Positions 28,577 through 37,704 of a stretch of DNA of 59,734 nucleotides are shown here, piece after piece. Position 1 is the stretch's first letter. Each line of letters starts with the position of its first letter. This DNA is from Candidatus Xenobia bacterium. Lineage in GTDB: Bacteria > Vulcanimicrobiota > Xenobia > Xenobiales > QWHO01. The notes below the pieces were generated by a model. It saw nothing but the letters and a program-made list of their open reading frames with translations. It searched no databases and was not told where the DNA came from. The position numbers and the translations under genes are program-made. The DNA lies in assembly GCA_045863235.1 (NCBI GenBank), contig BTUM01000048.1, positions 1-59,734 on the forward strand. The letters are read 5' to 3'.

Positions 28577-30802
28577 ATGCTGATCCAGCCCCCCCGATCC
28601 TACACGATGCGCGACGGAGCCCGCGGCGGGCTGTCCGTGCGCCATCTGATGGCCGAGGGTGAGGAGTACCGAGTAGCCCGGCGCAGCCATCCCTCCCAGA
28701 CCTGGGAGCTCACGACCGGGCCGATCTCGCGGGAGGGCGGCGAGCTGACCGGGGAGGAATGGCGCACCCTCAATCCGGGCGACCAGGTGCGCGAGCTGGC
28801 CATCGGCCAGGGGCGAGCTTACTACACCACGTTCAACCTGGTGCACTCGGTCGACCCGGCCACCGGCCAGAATCGCGGGATCGCTCTCTCCAGGAATCCC
28901 CCCAAGGACCTGGCGGTGGCCTCGAACGGCAGCCTGCTGGGACTGAGCGACAACAGGCTCGAGGTCTATGCGCCCGACATGCGCGAGCGCAAGACCATCA
29001 AACTGCCAGGCAATCCCTACGCCATGGCCCACCACGGCCCGGTGGGGCTGATCAGCCTGCGGGCCGCCGACAAGCTCCACCGGGTGGTAAGCGAGGACGG
29101 CACCCTGCGCGCCGAGCTCGAGGGCGAGCCGGTCACCCCGGGCCACGTGGGCAACGACGGGGCTCTGTGGCAGGTGCTGCCCGGCCAGGTGGCCCGCCTC
29201 AACGCCCAGGGAGAGCTGACCACCTTCCCGGTGCCTGAGAGCGCCTGCCTGGCCCTGGGCCAGGCCGACGGCTCCTTTACGCTGGTGCTCGAGGGCGAGT
29301 TGCAGCAGCGCTCGGCCAGCGGTGAGCTGCTCAGCTCGACCCCGCTCGAGCAGGCTCCCGCCCAGCTCTCGCTCGATCGGGAGGGCGGGCTGTGGCTGGC
29401 GGGCAAGGGACAGGTGAGCCGCTATCACCAGGGTCGGCTGACCAGCGTGGACAGCCCCGAGGGACCCTTCGCCCTGGGTGTGCTGGCCGACGGCCAGGCG
29501 CTCGTGGTGGAGCCCCACCAGACCCGCAAGCTCGGCCCCGCGGGCGAGCTGATCAAGAGCTATCCTGACCCCTGGTTGGCCCGCGAGACAGACGGGGGTG
29601 AGCTGCTCACGCCGGTGGCCCTGCGCACCGCCTACGGCCCCGAGGAGCAGGGCTGGACTCTCTTTCTCAATCAGGTGGCCCGGGGTCTGGGCCGGCCCGA
29701 GTCGCTGCCGACCCCCGGGGCGCTGCGCCCGCTGGGCGGCATCATGGAGCGTGTCCAGAGCCAGAGCATCTCACGCCAGGCCCTGCTCTCGCGTCAGGCG
29801 GTGGCCACCGCCCTGGAGGCCTCCGCCCCGGTGGCCTCGGTCGCGGTTGTGCTGCTGAGGGGCAAGCCCGAGCTGCTGGCCGTCTGGGAGGACGAGCAGT
29901 CGGTGCAGCTCTGCGCAAGCAACGGCTGGACCCGGGGGGCGGCCAGTCTGCAGGCTCCGCTGCAGGGATTGAGCCTGGACCACCTGGGGGCGGTGGGAGC
30001 CGACCAGCGGGGCAACCTGGTCATGCTGGACCTGGAGGAGGCCCTGCCCGGCCCGGCCCTCAGCGCCGCCGAGACTGCTCGGCTGGCCCTGGGCCTGGTC
30101 AAGGAGGCCGACCTGAAGGCGCTGGACGGCGTGCTGGCCCACCTCAAGACCTATCCCGAGCTCTCGTCGGCGGTGAGCTACCTGGAGACCACCTTGAGCG
30201 AGGCGGGCAACGCCAGGGGGGTGCGCATCGCCCTGGAAACGGTGCTCAAGGATCCTCAGGCCGGCTCGGGCGCCTGGACGGATGCGTTGCTGGGCGACCG
30301 GAGCGAGCTCTGGCACCGCGACCCGGGCATGGCGGGACGGATGCGCATCAACCAGCTCGAGCCCGAGCTGGGTGAGATGACCCGCCTGTCGGTGAGCGCT
30401 CTGCCCGTCAACCAGTGGATCTGGACGCTGCGCCGGCTGCCCGAGCAGGGGCCCGGCCCCAGCGAGTCGCCCCGCGAGCGTCCTCTGGACCTGGCCGCCT
30501 TCTTCTATGACCAGCTCGACCCGGCCAGGAAGGGCGAGTGGATCGGCTCGGTTGTAGAGAAGTGGCGCCAGGACGAGCGCTTTGCCTACCCGGGGGCGCA
30601 GGCGATCTTGAGCCGGCCAGATATGAAGGACTTCGTGCACGACCTGCTCGAGCCACTACGCCAGAACCTGCGCACCGAAGGCGAGGTGCGCTCGCTGGTC
30701 TCGGCACCGGCCCAGAGCGGGGTGGAGAACGTGGGCGACTACACCCGCGTGGGCGCGGTGCGGCTCAAGCGGCGGGTGGTGTTTCCAGGCGAGGAGAGCT
30801 AG
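28577..30802 (+). CDS. Beta-propeller-like hypothetical protein with shared C-terminal motif
   Basis: Blade-like repeats (LAVASNGSLL, GNDGALW, LSLDREGGLW), helical tail, ends VENVGDYTRVGAVRLKRRVVFPGEES. Confidence 0.85.
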   Translation: MLIQPPRSYTMRDGARGGLSVRHLMAEGEEYRVARRSHPSQTWELTTGPISREGGELTGEEWRTLNPGDQVRELAIGQGRAYYTTFNLVHSVDPATGQNRGIALSRNPPKDLAVASNGSLLGLSDNRLEVYAPDMRERKTIKLPGNPYAMAHHGPVGLISLRAADKLHRVVSEDGTLRAELEGEPVTPGHVGNDGALWQVLPGQVARLNAQGELTTFPVPESACLALGQADGSFTLVLEGELQQRSASGELLSSTPLEQAPAQLSLDREGGLWLAGKGQVSRYHQGRLTSVDSPEGPFALGVLADGQALVVEPHQTRKLGPAGELIKSYPDPWLARETDGGELLTPVALRTAYGPEEQGWTLFLNQVARGLGRPESLPTPGALRPLGGIMERVQSQSISRQALLSRQAVATALEASAPVASVAVVLLRGKPELLAVWEDEQSVQLCASNGWTRGAASLQAPLQGLSLDHLGAVGADQRGNLVMLDLEEALPGPALSAAETARLALGLVKEADLKALDGVLAHLKTYPELSSAVSYLETTLSEAGNARGVRIALETVLKDPQAGSGAWTDALLGDRSELWHRDPGMAGRMRINQLEPELGEMTRLSVSALPVNQWIWTLRRLPEQGPGPSESPRERPLDLAAFFYDQLDPARKGEWIGSVVEKWRQDERFAYPGAQAILSRPDMKDFVHDLLEPLRQNLRTEGEVRSLVSAPAQSGVENVGDYTRVGAVRLKRRVVFPGEES

Positions 30803-30870
30803 AAGTCCGGCCGCAAACCCCCATGGGAACCTCCGCCACCACAAGATGTTGTAGGCGGCCCGACTTCTAG
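30799..30870. mobile_element. REP/MITE-like element with CTAG at both ends
   Basis: CTAG-AAGTCCGGCCGC...GCGGCCCGACTT-CTAG (11/12 inverted repeat); related ends at 30924, 36311, 43168 and 48387. Confidence 0.65.
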
Positions 30871-30945
30871 CACAGTCGCGCAGCCGGAAAACGTGTCAAG
30901 GGGGTTTCCGCCTGCGCTCCGAGGAAGTCCGGCCGCAAACCCTCG

Positions 30946-31722
30946 TCAAAGGGGGTTCCGGCTGCGATGCAAAGAGTCCAAGGAGGGAACTGTAGTTTTG
31001 GAGTGGCCGGGCTCTGCTTGGACACCACGACCGGACTGCCAGGGGAGCTTGTCCAGCACCCAGTCGATGGCCTGATCGGCCCGGGCCCGGAAGCCCTCGT
31101 GGTTCATGTAAAGCATCTGGGTGGGTCCGAGGACGGCGTTGGCCACCAGGGCCGGTCCGATCAACACTCCCGAGCGCAGCAGTCCGCTCGACACGGCGCC
31201 TGCGGCGTCGAACAGAGTCTTCATCTTCTGGATGCGGCTATACTCTTCGGGGGTCTTGAGCACCAGGTAGGCCTTGCCGGCCGATGCCGCCAGGCTCAGT
31301 CCCAGCCCGACCAGGGGAGCGCCAGCGGCCATGGCGGCGCTGGAGGCGCCCGAGGTCAGGTCGGCCACGCCCATCAGGCGCAGGTAGCGGTCGTTGTTCT
31401 TGATGCCGTGGTAGAGCTCCAGGCCCCCTACCAGGCCGTCCGTGGCGGCCCGCAGCCCCAGCCCGCTCTTGTAAACCAGGCCAGCCACCCCATCGGGAGT
31501 CATGGCCCGGTCCACCAGCTCGCTGACTTCGCGTCCTGCTTCGCCGATATCGCCCCGGAAGGCGGAGCTGGCGATGAGGCGCAACGACTCGAGGTTCTCC
31601 ATGGGGTTGCTGACCAGCCCCAGCGTGATGCCGGCTGGCTCGACCAGCCCCACCAGAGTGGAGCGCTGCTTGATCTTGTCGGCCAGGCTGCGGCCCTCGG
31701 CGACTTGCGAGCTGATCTGCAC
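30946..31722 (-). CDS. Gly/Ala-rich membrane protein
   Basis: Several hydrophobic Gly/Ala helices; start inferred at GTG (VQISSQ). Confidence 0.7.
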   Translation of the reverse strand: MQISSQVAEGRSLADKIKQRSTLVGLVEPAGITLGLVSNPMENLESLRLIASSAFRGDIGEAGREVSELVDRAMTPDGVAGLVYKSGLGLRAATDGLVGGLELYHGIKNNDRYLRLMGVADLTSGASSAAMAAGAPLVGLGLSLAASAGKAYLVLKTPEEYSRIQKMKTLFDAAGAVSSGLLRSGVLIGPALVANAVLGPTQMLYMNHEGFRARADQAIDWVLDKLPWQSGRGVQAEPGHSKTTVPSLDSLHRSRNPL

Positions 31723-31980
31723 GAAGAACAGATAACCCGATGGAGCCTTCCGGCGCTGCTCTGGCCTGGTTAACTTTTTACGAACGTCAGGTGAGAGCCC
31801 TCTCGGAAACGGTCGCCGGGATGAGCTGCCCGTGAAGACGGGAATCCGAAAGCCCAGCATCAACCGTCTTACGCCGCTGAGAGAAGCCGCGTGGGAGAGC
31901 AAACGAGCCCACCTCCCGGATAATCATGAACCGCGCAAAACCGCCAGGGATTCGCCGCTCTGACCCGGAATGCCGCGCTC

Positions 31981-33174
31981 ATGGGCGATCTCGCCGACGG
32001 CGAATCGATCGAGGTCAAAGGCTCGGCGGCCACCCCCTACGTGCTGCGCAACGTGGGCGGGGTCTACTCGTGCAGCTGCCCGGCCTGGCGCAACCAGAAC
32101 CGTCCCCCCGAGAGCCGCACCTGCAAGCACCTCAAAGCCCTGCGCGGAGCGGCGGTGGAGGAGGAGCGCGTGGGCTCGCCCCCCTCCCCCACGCCGAGTG
32201 GCTCCTCCACGAGCAGTGCGAGCTCGAGCGAAGCCAAGGCCCCTCCCCTGCTGCTGGCCCACAGCTGGGACAACCAGGCCGACCTGAGCGGCTGGTGGAT
32301 GAGCGAGAAGCTGGACGGAGTGCGGGCCTATTGGGACGGCAAGCAGCTCTGGTCGCGCCTGGGCAACCCCTTCCTGGCTCCCGACTGGTTCCTGGAAGGG
32401 CTCCCCCCTATCCCGCTGGATGGCGAGCTGTGGGGTGGACGCCGACAGTTCCAGCGCACCGTCAGCATCGTGCGCCGGCAAGACCGCGGACCCCACTGGC
32501 GGGAGATCCGCTTCGTGGTCTTCGACGCACCCGGCGAGGCCAGCGGCTTCGAGGCCCGGCAACAGCTGCTGGCCGCCAACCTGCAGGGTTCCCCCGATCA
32601 CCTCGAGCTACATCCCCAGGAGCTGTGCCAGGGCCTGGAGCACCTCAAGAGCGAGCTCCGACGCGTCGAAGGGCTGGGGGGCGAGGGGTTGATGCTGCGC
32701 CAGCCCGGCTCGCGCTATGAGGTGGGGCGCTCGCATACCCTGCTCAAGGTGAAGAGCTTCTTCGACGGCGAGGCCCGGGTGGTGGGCCACCAGCCCGGGG
32801 CCGGGCGCCACGCCGGCCGACTGGGAGCGCTGCTGGTGGAGTTGGTGGACGGCAAGCGCTTCTCGGTCGGCACCGGCCTCTCGGACGCCGAGCGCCACAG
32901 CCCCCCTCCGGTGGGCAGCCTGATCACCTTCCGCTACCAAGAGCTCTCCAACGCCGGCATCCCGCGCTTTCCCTCCTATGTGGGCGTGCGCACCGACCTG
33001 GCCGAGCTCACCCCCCTGCAGGCCGTCTGCTGCTTCTGCCGGGCAGTGATGACAGTCGACTCGAAAAGCTCGGTCAGCATCCAGCTTACCCACGAGGGTA
33101 ACGAGCAGAGCTGGCAGGCGCATCCGGAGTGCTGGTTGAGCCAGCTGGGGCTCTCCCAGGAGCAAGCAACCTGA
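31981..33174 (+). CDS. ATP-dependent DNA ligase with N-terminal SWIM zinc finger
   Basis: SEKLDGVR (KxDGxR), LDGELW, FVVFD, EGLMLR, LLKVK, PRFP; N-terminal YSCSCPAW...CKHL. Confidence 0.93.
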   Translation: MGDLADGESIEVKGSAATPYVLRNVGGVYSCSCPAWRNQNRPPESRTCKHLKALRGAAVEEERVGSPPSPTPSGSSTSSASSSEAKAPPLLLAHSWDNQADLSGWWMSEKLDGVRAYWDGKQLWSRLGNPFLAPDWFLEGLPPIPLDGELWGGRRQFQRTVSIVRRQDRGPHWREIRFVVFDAPGEASGFEARQQLLAANLQGSPDHLELHPQELCQGLEHLKSELRRVEGLGGEGLMLRQPGSRYEVGRSHTLLKVKSFFDGEARVVGHQPGAGRHAGRLGALLVELVDGKRFSVGTGLSDAERHSPPPVGSLITFRYQELSNAGIPRFPSYVGVRTDLAELTPLQAVCCFCRAVMTVDSKSSVSIQLTHEGNEQSWQAHPECWLSQLGLSQEQAT

Positions 33175-33219
33175 GCAGGTATAGAGGGTCAGCCTCAGCC
33201 CCCTGCGAAGCGCCAAGTC

Positions 33220-36200
33220 GTGGCAAGCGAGTTCGAGCCGGGCCAGATGCTGGCCGGACGCTATCGGCTGACCGAGCCCCTGGGCGCGGGCCGCATCGGC
33301 ACCGTCTGGCTGGCCCATGACCGCAAGCTGGATCAGGACGTAGCGGTCAAGATCCCCCATCCCTGGCAGGGTCGCAACCCCGAGTTCATGGCCCGATTTC
33401 GTCGCGAGCTGCTGACGGGAATGCGGCTGCACCATCCGGCCGTAGTGCGCAGCCTGGATACCGGCCAGCACGAAGGTCTCCCCTACCTGGTGATGGAGCT
33501 GGTGCAGGGGGCTCCCATCCACCTCTGGTTCGAAGCCCACGCCCGGCGTGACTTCGAGGCCCTCTCCGAGGTACTCGAGGAGATCCTGGATGCGCTGAGC
33601 TACGCTCACGGACAGCGCCTGATCCACCAGGACCTCAAGCCCGACAACATCATGGTGGACGAGGGCGGCCAGGTGCACATCACCGACTTCGGCCTGGCCG
33701 GCCGTCTGGAGGATCAAACCCGCACCGACGACACCGGGGCCATGATGGCCGATCTCGCCTACCTCAGCCCCGAGCAGGCCATGGGCGAGCGCGGCGGGGT
33801 GCGCTCCGACCTTTACTCGCTGGGGGCGGTGCTCTACCACGTGCTGACCGGTCGCCCGCCGGTGGAGGCCCGCGACCCGGCCCAGTTCCTGCTGGCTATC
33901 CTCAACCAGAGTCCCCAGTCCCCCCATCGGCTGCGGGGGGACATCCCCGCCTGGCTGACCCGTCTGACCATGCGGCTGATGGCCCGCCAGCCGGAGGACC
34001 GGCCCGCCTCGGCCGCCGAGGTAGCCCGGCTGGTGCAGCGTCAGGGAAGCCGCCAGAGCGATCCCATGCCGGCCGGCAAGCGTCGTAACCTGCTCGGCCG
34101 CGATGAGGAACTGAGCCAGCTGCGCGGGTATCTGCAAGAGCTGAAGGGCGGGCGAGGCACCGTGGTGCGTGTCACCGGCACGGCCGGCTCGGGCAAGACC
34201 AGCCTGGTGGAGGAATTCCTGCGCCGGGCCCGACCGGTGGCCCACTGCAAGGTTCAGTCCAGCGCCATGCAACCGCTTCATTGCGGATTGCTGGAAAGGG
34301 CGCTGGGGGGACAGGGTACCCTGGCCGAGCGCCTGCGGCAGCGGCTGGCCCAGGGTCCGCTCATCCTGGTGGTGGAGTGGGCGCACGAGGCGACCCCCGA
34401 GCTGGTGGAGCGACTGCGCGCCCTGCTGGCCGACCAGCCCCCCGTGCTCTTGATCTTGATCGACCGGCCCGGCAAGGCCCGCTTCGAGGGCACCACCCAG
34501 TGGCTCAACGAGGCCCGGCACCGCCTGGTGGTGCGAGGCCTGACGCGCGATTTCTGCGCCCGCTACGTGGAAGAGCACCTGTGGGCGGCTCCCCCCGACG
34601 CGGCGGTCTCCTGGTTGATGCGAATGACCCACGGCAACCCGCTCCACCTGGGCCTGCTGCTGCGTCAGCTGGAGGGCACGGCGCTGCAGCTCTCGGGCGT
34701 TGTAGCCACCTGGGAGGAGCCGCGGGATGTGCCTCGCACCCTGACCGACCTTCTCAACTGGGTGCTCGAGCGCCAGGGTCCCGACGCCAGCGCCATCATG
34801 TCCATGGCCGCCAGCCTGGAGGAGCGCTTCGAACTGGGCCTGCTGCAATCGGTGGTAACCTACGAGGAGCGGGTGCTGGAGGACACGCTGGATGGCCTGG
34901 TGCGTGCCGGCCTGCTGGACGAGCAGTGGGAGGGGGGGGTGCAGCAGTTTCTCTTCGCCCACGAGCCCATCTGGCGGGTAGCCCTGCACCGCATTCCCGA
35001 GCGGCGCCAGCGCCGACTCTGCCTGCTGGCCGGCAACCTCACCGCCGGGGTCGATCCCGAGCGGGCGGCTCGCTTCTTCGCGCGGGCTCTCAATGCTCCC
35101 CGGGCAGTGGAGCAGCTGCTGCTGGCGGCCGAACGCGATTTCGAGACCGGTTTACCCGAGTGCGCTGCCTTTCTGAGCGGCCAGGCCGAGCGCCTGGCCT
35201 CAGAGGACGGCCATCTTGCCGAAGAGCTGGTACGGGCGGTGCTGCTGAAAGCCAGGGCTCTAGCGGCAGGGGGCCATAACCAGGCCGCCCGCGAGGCTGC
35301 CCACCGCACTCTCAAGCTCAGCCCCAGCGCTGAGCAGGCCGACCAGGCGCGCACGCTCTTGCGCCGCACGCCTATCGAGCCGGGCAAGAAGCCGGCCGCC
35401 GTTGCCCCGGCCGCGAAGGCACGCTCCAGCCCGGCCCCTCCCGAACTGGCGCCCGAGCTGGCCCTCAGTCCGGCCGCCAAGCGCGCCGTGCTGGGAGCGC
35501 GCAAGAAGGGGGTGGCTCCGCCCGCTCCCCGGGTCGAGCCCGCCCGCGCGGGAAAGACCCCCGCTCCGGCTCTCACGCCACCCACTTCGGTTCCCAGGCG
35601 AACCGAGAAGCCCGTGGCTCCACAGCCGGCGGCCGCCCCGACCGCCGGAAGGACGCCCCAGCCCGTCAAGACGCCTACCAGGCCAGCAGCTGCACCGCGG
35701 GGAGGCACCTCCACCAGTGGTCCAGCTCGCACGGTTTCTCCCGCGGCCCGGGCCAGCTCAGAAGCTCAGGCAGTCGTGCCCGGCAGCTCCGCCCCGGTGG
35801 CTCCCCGGCCAGTCAAACTGCCCAGCCCTGTCCTGACGGCCCGGGTGCAGCCCCAGCTTCCCCCGGTCGTGCACCCCGCCCAGCGCGCCGAGCCAGATGA
35901 GCCGCTGGCTCCAGGGCGGCTCTCCGGTCCGATGGCAGCCGGGGTCCAGGCTCCCCAGCTGGTGCCACCGGCCCCAGCGACCGCTCCGCCTCCCAGCGCA
36001 CTTGCTGAGCCGCCGCGTCCCGAGCCTCCCCCGCCTTCGCCCGAGCGGGCCCAGCCCCAGGTCACCCAGGTGGCCCAGGAGCCTCCCGCTCCCCCGCCGG
36101 AGCAGATCCCTGAGTTCGTGGAGCCCCCCGAAATGGCCGCCCGCCGCCGTTACGAGACGGCCCGCGCGGCTGGAGACCGGGCCTCGGCCGCCCGCGCCGC

Positions 36201-36294
36201 CGAGGAGCTGGCCCGTCACTTCGAGGCCGCCCACGACCGCCAGAAGGCCTCTCTCTGGCGCCACCAGGCTCGCTTGCTCAGCAGCGCGCCCTGA
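33220..36294 (+). CDS. Ser/Thr kinase fused to a P-loop ATPase, helical region and Pro-rich tail
   Basis: VAVK, HQDLKPDN, DFG, YLSPE, SDLYSLG; Walker A GTAGSGKT; GNPL motif. Confidence 0.9.
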   Translation: MASEFEPGQMLAGRYRLTEPLGAGRIGTVWLAHDRKLDQDVAVKIPHPWQGRNPEFMARFRRELLTGMRLHHPAVVRSLDTGQHEGLPYLVMELVQGAPIHLWFEAHARRDFEALSEVLEEILDALSYAHGQRLIHQDLKPDNIMVDEGGQVHITDFGLAGRLEDQTRTDDTGAMMADLAYLSPEQAMGERGGVRSDLYSLGAVLYHVLTGRPPVEARDPAQFLLAILNQSPQSPHRLRGDIPAWLTRLTMRLMARQPEDRPASAAEVARLVQRQGSRQSDPMPAGKRRNLLGRDEELSQLRGYLQELKGGRGTVVRVTGTAGSGKTSLVEEFLRRARPVAHCKVQSSAMQPLHCGLLERALGGQGTLAERLRQRLAQGPLILVVEWAHEATPELVERLRALLADQPPVLLILIDRPGKARFEGTTQWLNEARHRLVVRGLTRDFCARYVEEHLWAAPPDAAVSWLMRMTHGNPLHLGLLLRQLEGTALQLSGVVATWEEPRDVPRTLTDLLNWVLERQGPDASAIMSMAASLEERFELGLLQSVVTYEERVLEDTLDGLVRAGLLDEQWEGGVQQFLFAHEPIWRVALHRIPERRQRRLCLLAGNLTAGVDPERAARFFARALNAPRAVEQLLLAAERDFETGLPECAAFLSGQAERLASEDGHLAEELVRAVLLKARALAAGGHNQAAREAAHRTLKLSPSAEQADQARTLLRRTPIEPGKKPAAVAPAAKARSSPAPPELAPELALSPAAKRAVLGARKKGVAPPAPRVEPARAGKTPAPALTPPTSVPRRTEKPVAPQPAAAPTAGRTPQPVKTPTRPAAAPRGGTSTSGPARTVSPAARASSEAQAVVPGSSAPVAPRPVKLPSPVLTARVQPQLPPVVHPAQRAEPDEPLAPGRLSGPMAAGVQAPQLVPPAPATAPPPSALAEPPRPEPPPPSPERAQPQVTQVAQEPPAPPPEQIPEFVEPPEMAARRRYETARAAGDRASAARAAEELARHFEAAHDRQKASLWRHQARLLSSAP

Positions 36295-36310
36295 CGGAAG
36301 TTGCCTCCGA

Positions 36311-36328
36311 GGGTTTGCGGCCGGACTT
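36311..36328 (-). repeat. REP/MITE family half-copy
   Basis: AAGTCCGGCCGCAAACCC on the minus strand, between convergent genes. Confidence 0.7.
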
Positions 36329-36362
36329 GTAAGCACTTCCACCGAGGATCGCTGCGCAGAAG

Positions 36363-37634
36363 TTACGAGCCCGACTTCTGCGCCTCGCTTGAGCGCAATC
36401 GCTCGCGCACCAGGTCCTGGAGGGGACCGTCCACCAGCTCGGCCAGGTCCTTGCCCGGGCAGGTGGTCTGGCCGGGCGCCTCGTCGCGATGGCCGCGGAT
36501 GGTGCCCGGGTCGAGGTTGTGGCGCAGGCAGAGGTAGACCAGGATCTGGATCAGGGCCTCGCGCTGCTCGGGGCTGACCTTCTCGGTCTCGAAGTCGCCG
36601 TCGAGCTCGACGTTGATCACGCCGTTCAGGTCGTACTTCGTGTTGCTCTCGGGGCGGTAGCGCACGTCGCGGCCCTCGAAGATGCGGCCGTCGAAAGCGA
36701 TCATGTAGTGGTAAGGCAGATCCGGCCAGGCCTTGTCCTTCTGGCCCCACAGCTGCATGGCCCGCACCTTCTCGGCCATGTCCACGTCGTGCTTGGTGGG
36801 CACTCCGGCGTGGTGCACGACCAGCCGATTGGGGACGTGCTCGAGCTCGGGTCCAAGCGGTTGGGGGACCGATCCCCACTCCTCGCGGCGCACCACCATG
36901 AGCGGCAGGGCATAGGTGTCGCAACGCTTGTGCCAGCCGGAGCGCCAGCGCTCCTCGCCCCGCCCGGGAGGGGAGTTGGCGATGCGGCGATCCAGGCAGC
37001 GTCTGGCCGCCTGCGAGAACTCATAGGCGGCTCTCGGGCCGGCGGGCACGTCCTTCATCTCCAGCAAGACCCAGAGAAGGCCCCAGCCGTGGCCCTGGTA
37101 GCGCTCGGCGGGGGCGATCCCCTCGCCCTTGAAGTTGACGTAGTCAATCAGGGCGTAGACGCCGTTGGGGGTAGCCAGCAGCTTGTCGAGATTGCGCTTC
37201 ACTCGCTCCGGGTCGGGGGCGGCCTCGACCAGCCGGGGCAAGCTCGCCTGCATCCGGGCCACCAGGAACTCGGTCTGCAGATCCACCGTGGCCGCCAGCC
37301 AGGTGCGAAGCTCCACCATCTGCTCGCTCTCCTGGGCCTGCTCGAACGCTTGCTTCGAGTCCCAGGGGCAGGCTGACTCGAGGGCCACACTGGGGGGCGT
37401 GGCCCCCCTCTCGCGGGCAAAGCGCACGAAGCTGGGGAAGCTCTCCACGAAAGGGCCCCTCAACCCCCGGGGATACCAGATGAAGTGGCCGATGCCCAGC
37501 GAGGGGAACTCCTCGCCCTCGTTCCAGCTCGTGAGACCGGCTACCGTGCCATGGCACTCGTTCTGCCAGACCTTGCGGCCGATCCAGCTCTGCTCGAAGG
37601 TGGTGAGGGTCAACAGGATGAGAAGGGCGATCAT
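36363..37634 (-). CDS. Secreted two-domain protein: unknown N-domain plus PGRP-type N-acetylmuramoyl-L-alanine amidase
   Basis: VVRREEWG, LVVHHAG, WPDLPYHYMI..DGRIFEGR, RGHRD...TCPG; short hydrophobic signal at ATG 37634. Confidence 0.85.
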   Translation of the reverse strand: MIALLILLTLTTFEQSWIGRKVWQNECHGTVAGLTSWNEGEEFPSLGIGHFIWYPRGLRGPFVESFPSFVRFARERGATPPSVALESACPWDSKQAFEQAQESEQMVELRTWLAATVDLQTEFLVARMQASLPRLVEAAPDPERVKRNLDKLLATPNGVYALIDYVNFKGEGIAPAERYQGHGWGLLWVLLEMKDVPAGPRAAYEFSQAARRCLDRRIANSPPGRGEERWRSGWHKRCDTYALPLMVVRREEWGSVPQPLGPELEHVPNRLVVHHAGVPTKHDVDMAEKVRAMQLWGQKDKAWPDLPYHYMIAFDGRIFEGRDVRYRPESNTKYDLNGVINVELDGDFETEKVSPEQREALIQILVYLCLRHNLDPGTIRGHRDEAPGQTTCPGKDLAELVDGPLQDLVRERLRSSEAQKSGS

Positions 37635-37704
37635 GGGGCGGTCGAGTTCGTTCTTAACAAGCGGTTCACCCGCTGGCAACCGGCGACCGGGTAGACTGGG
37701 TCCG

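Noticed and set aside
37650..37697. Regulon box upstream of the GHL10 gene
   Set aside because: Only weak 11-bp-periodic TTAAC/TTCAC/GCAAC with an N11 spacer; not counted as a member.
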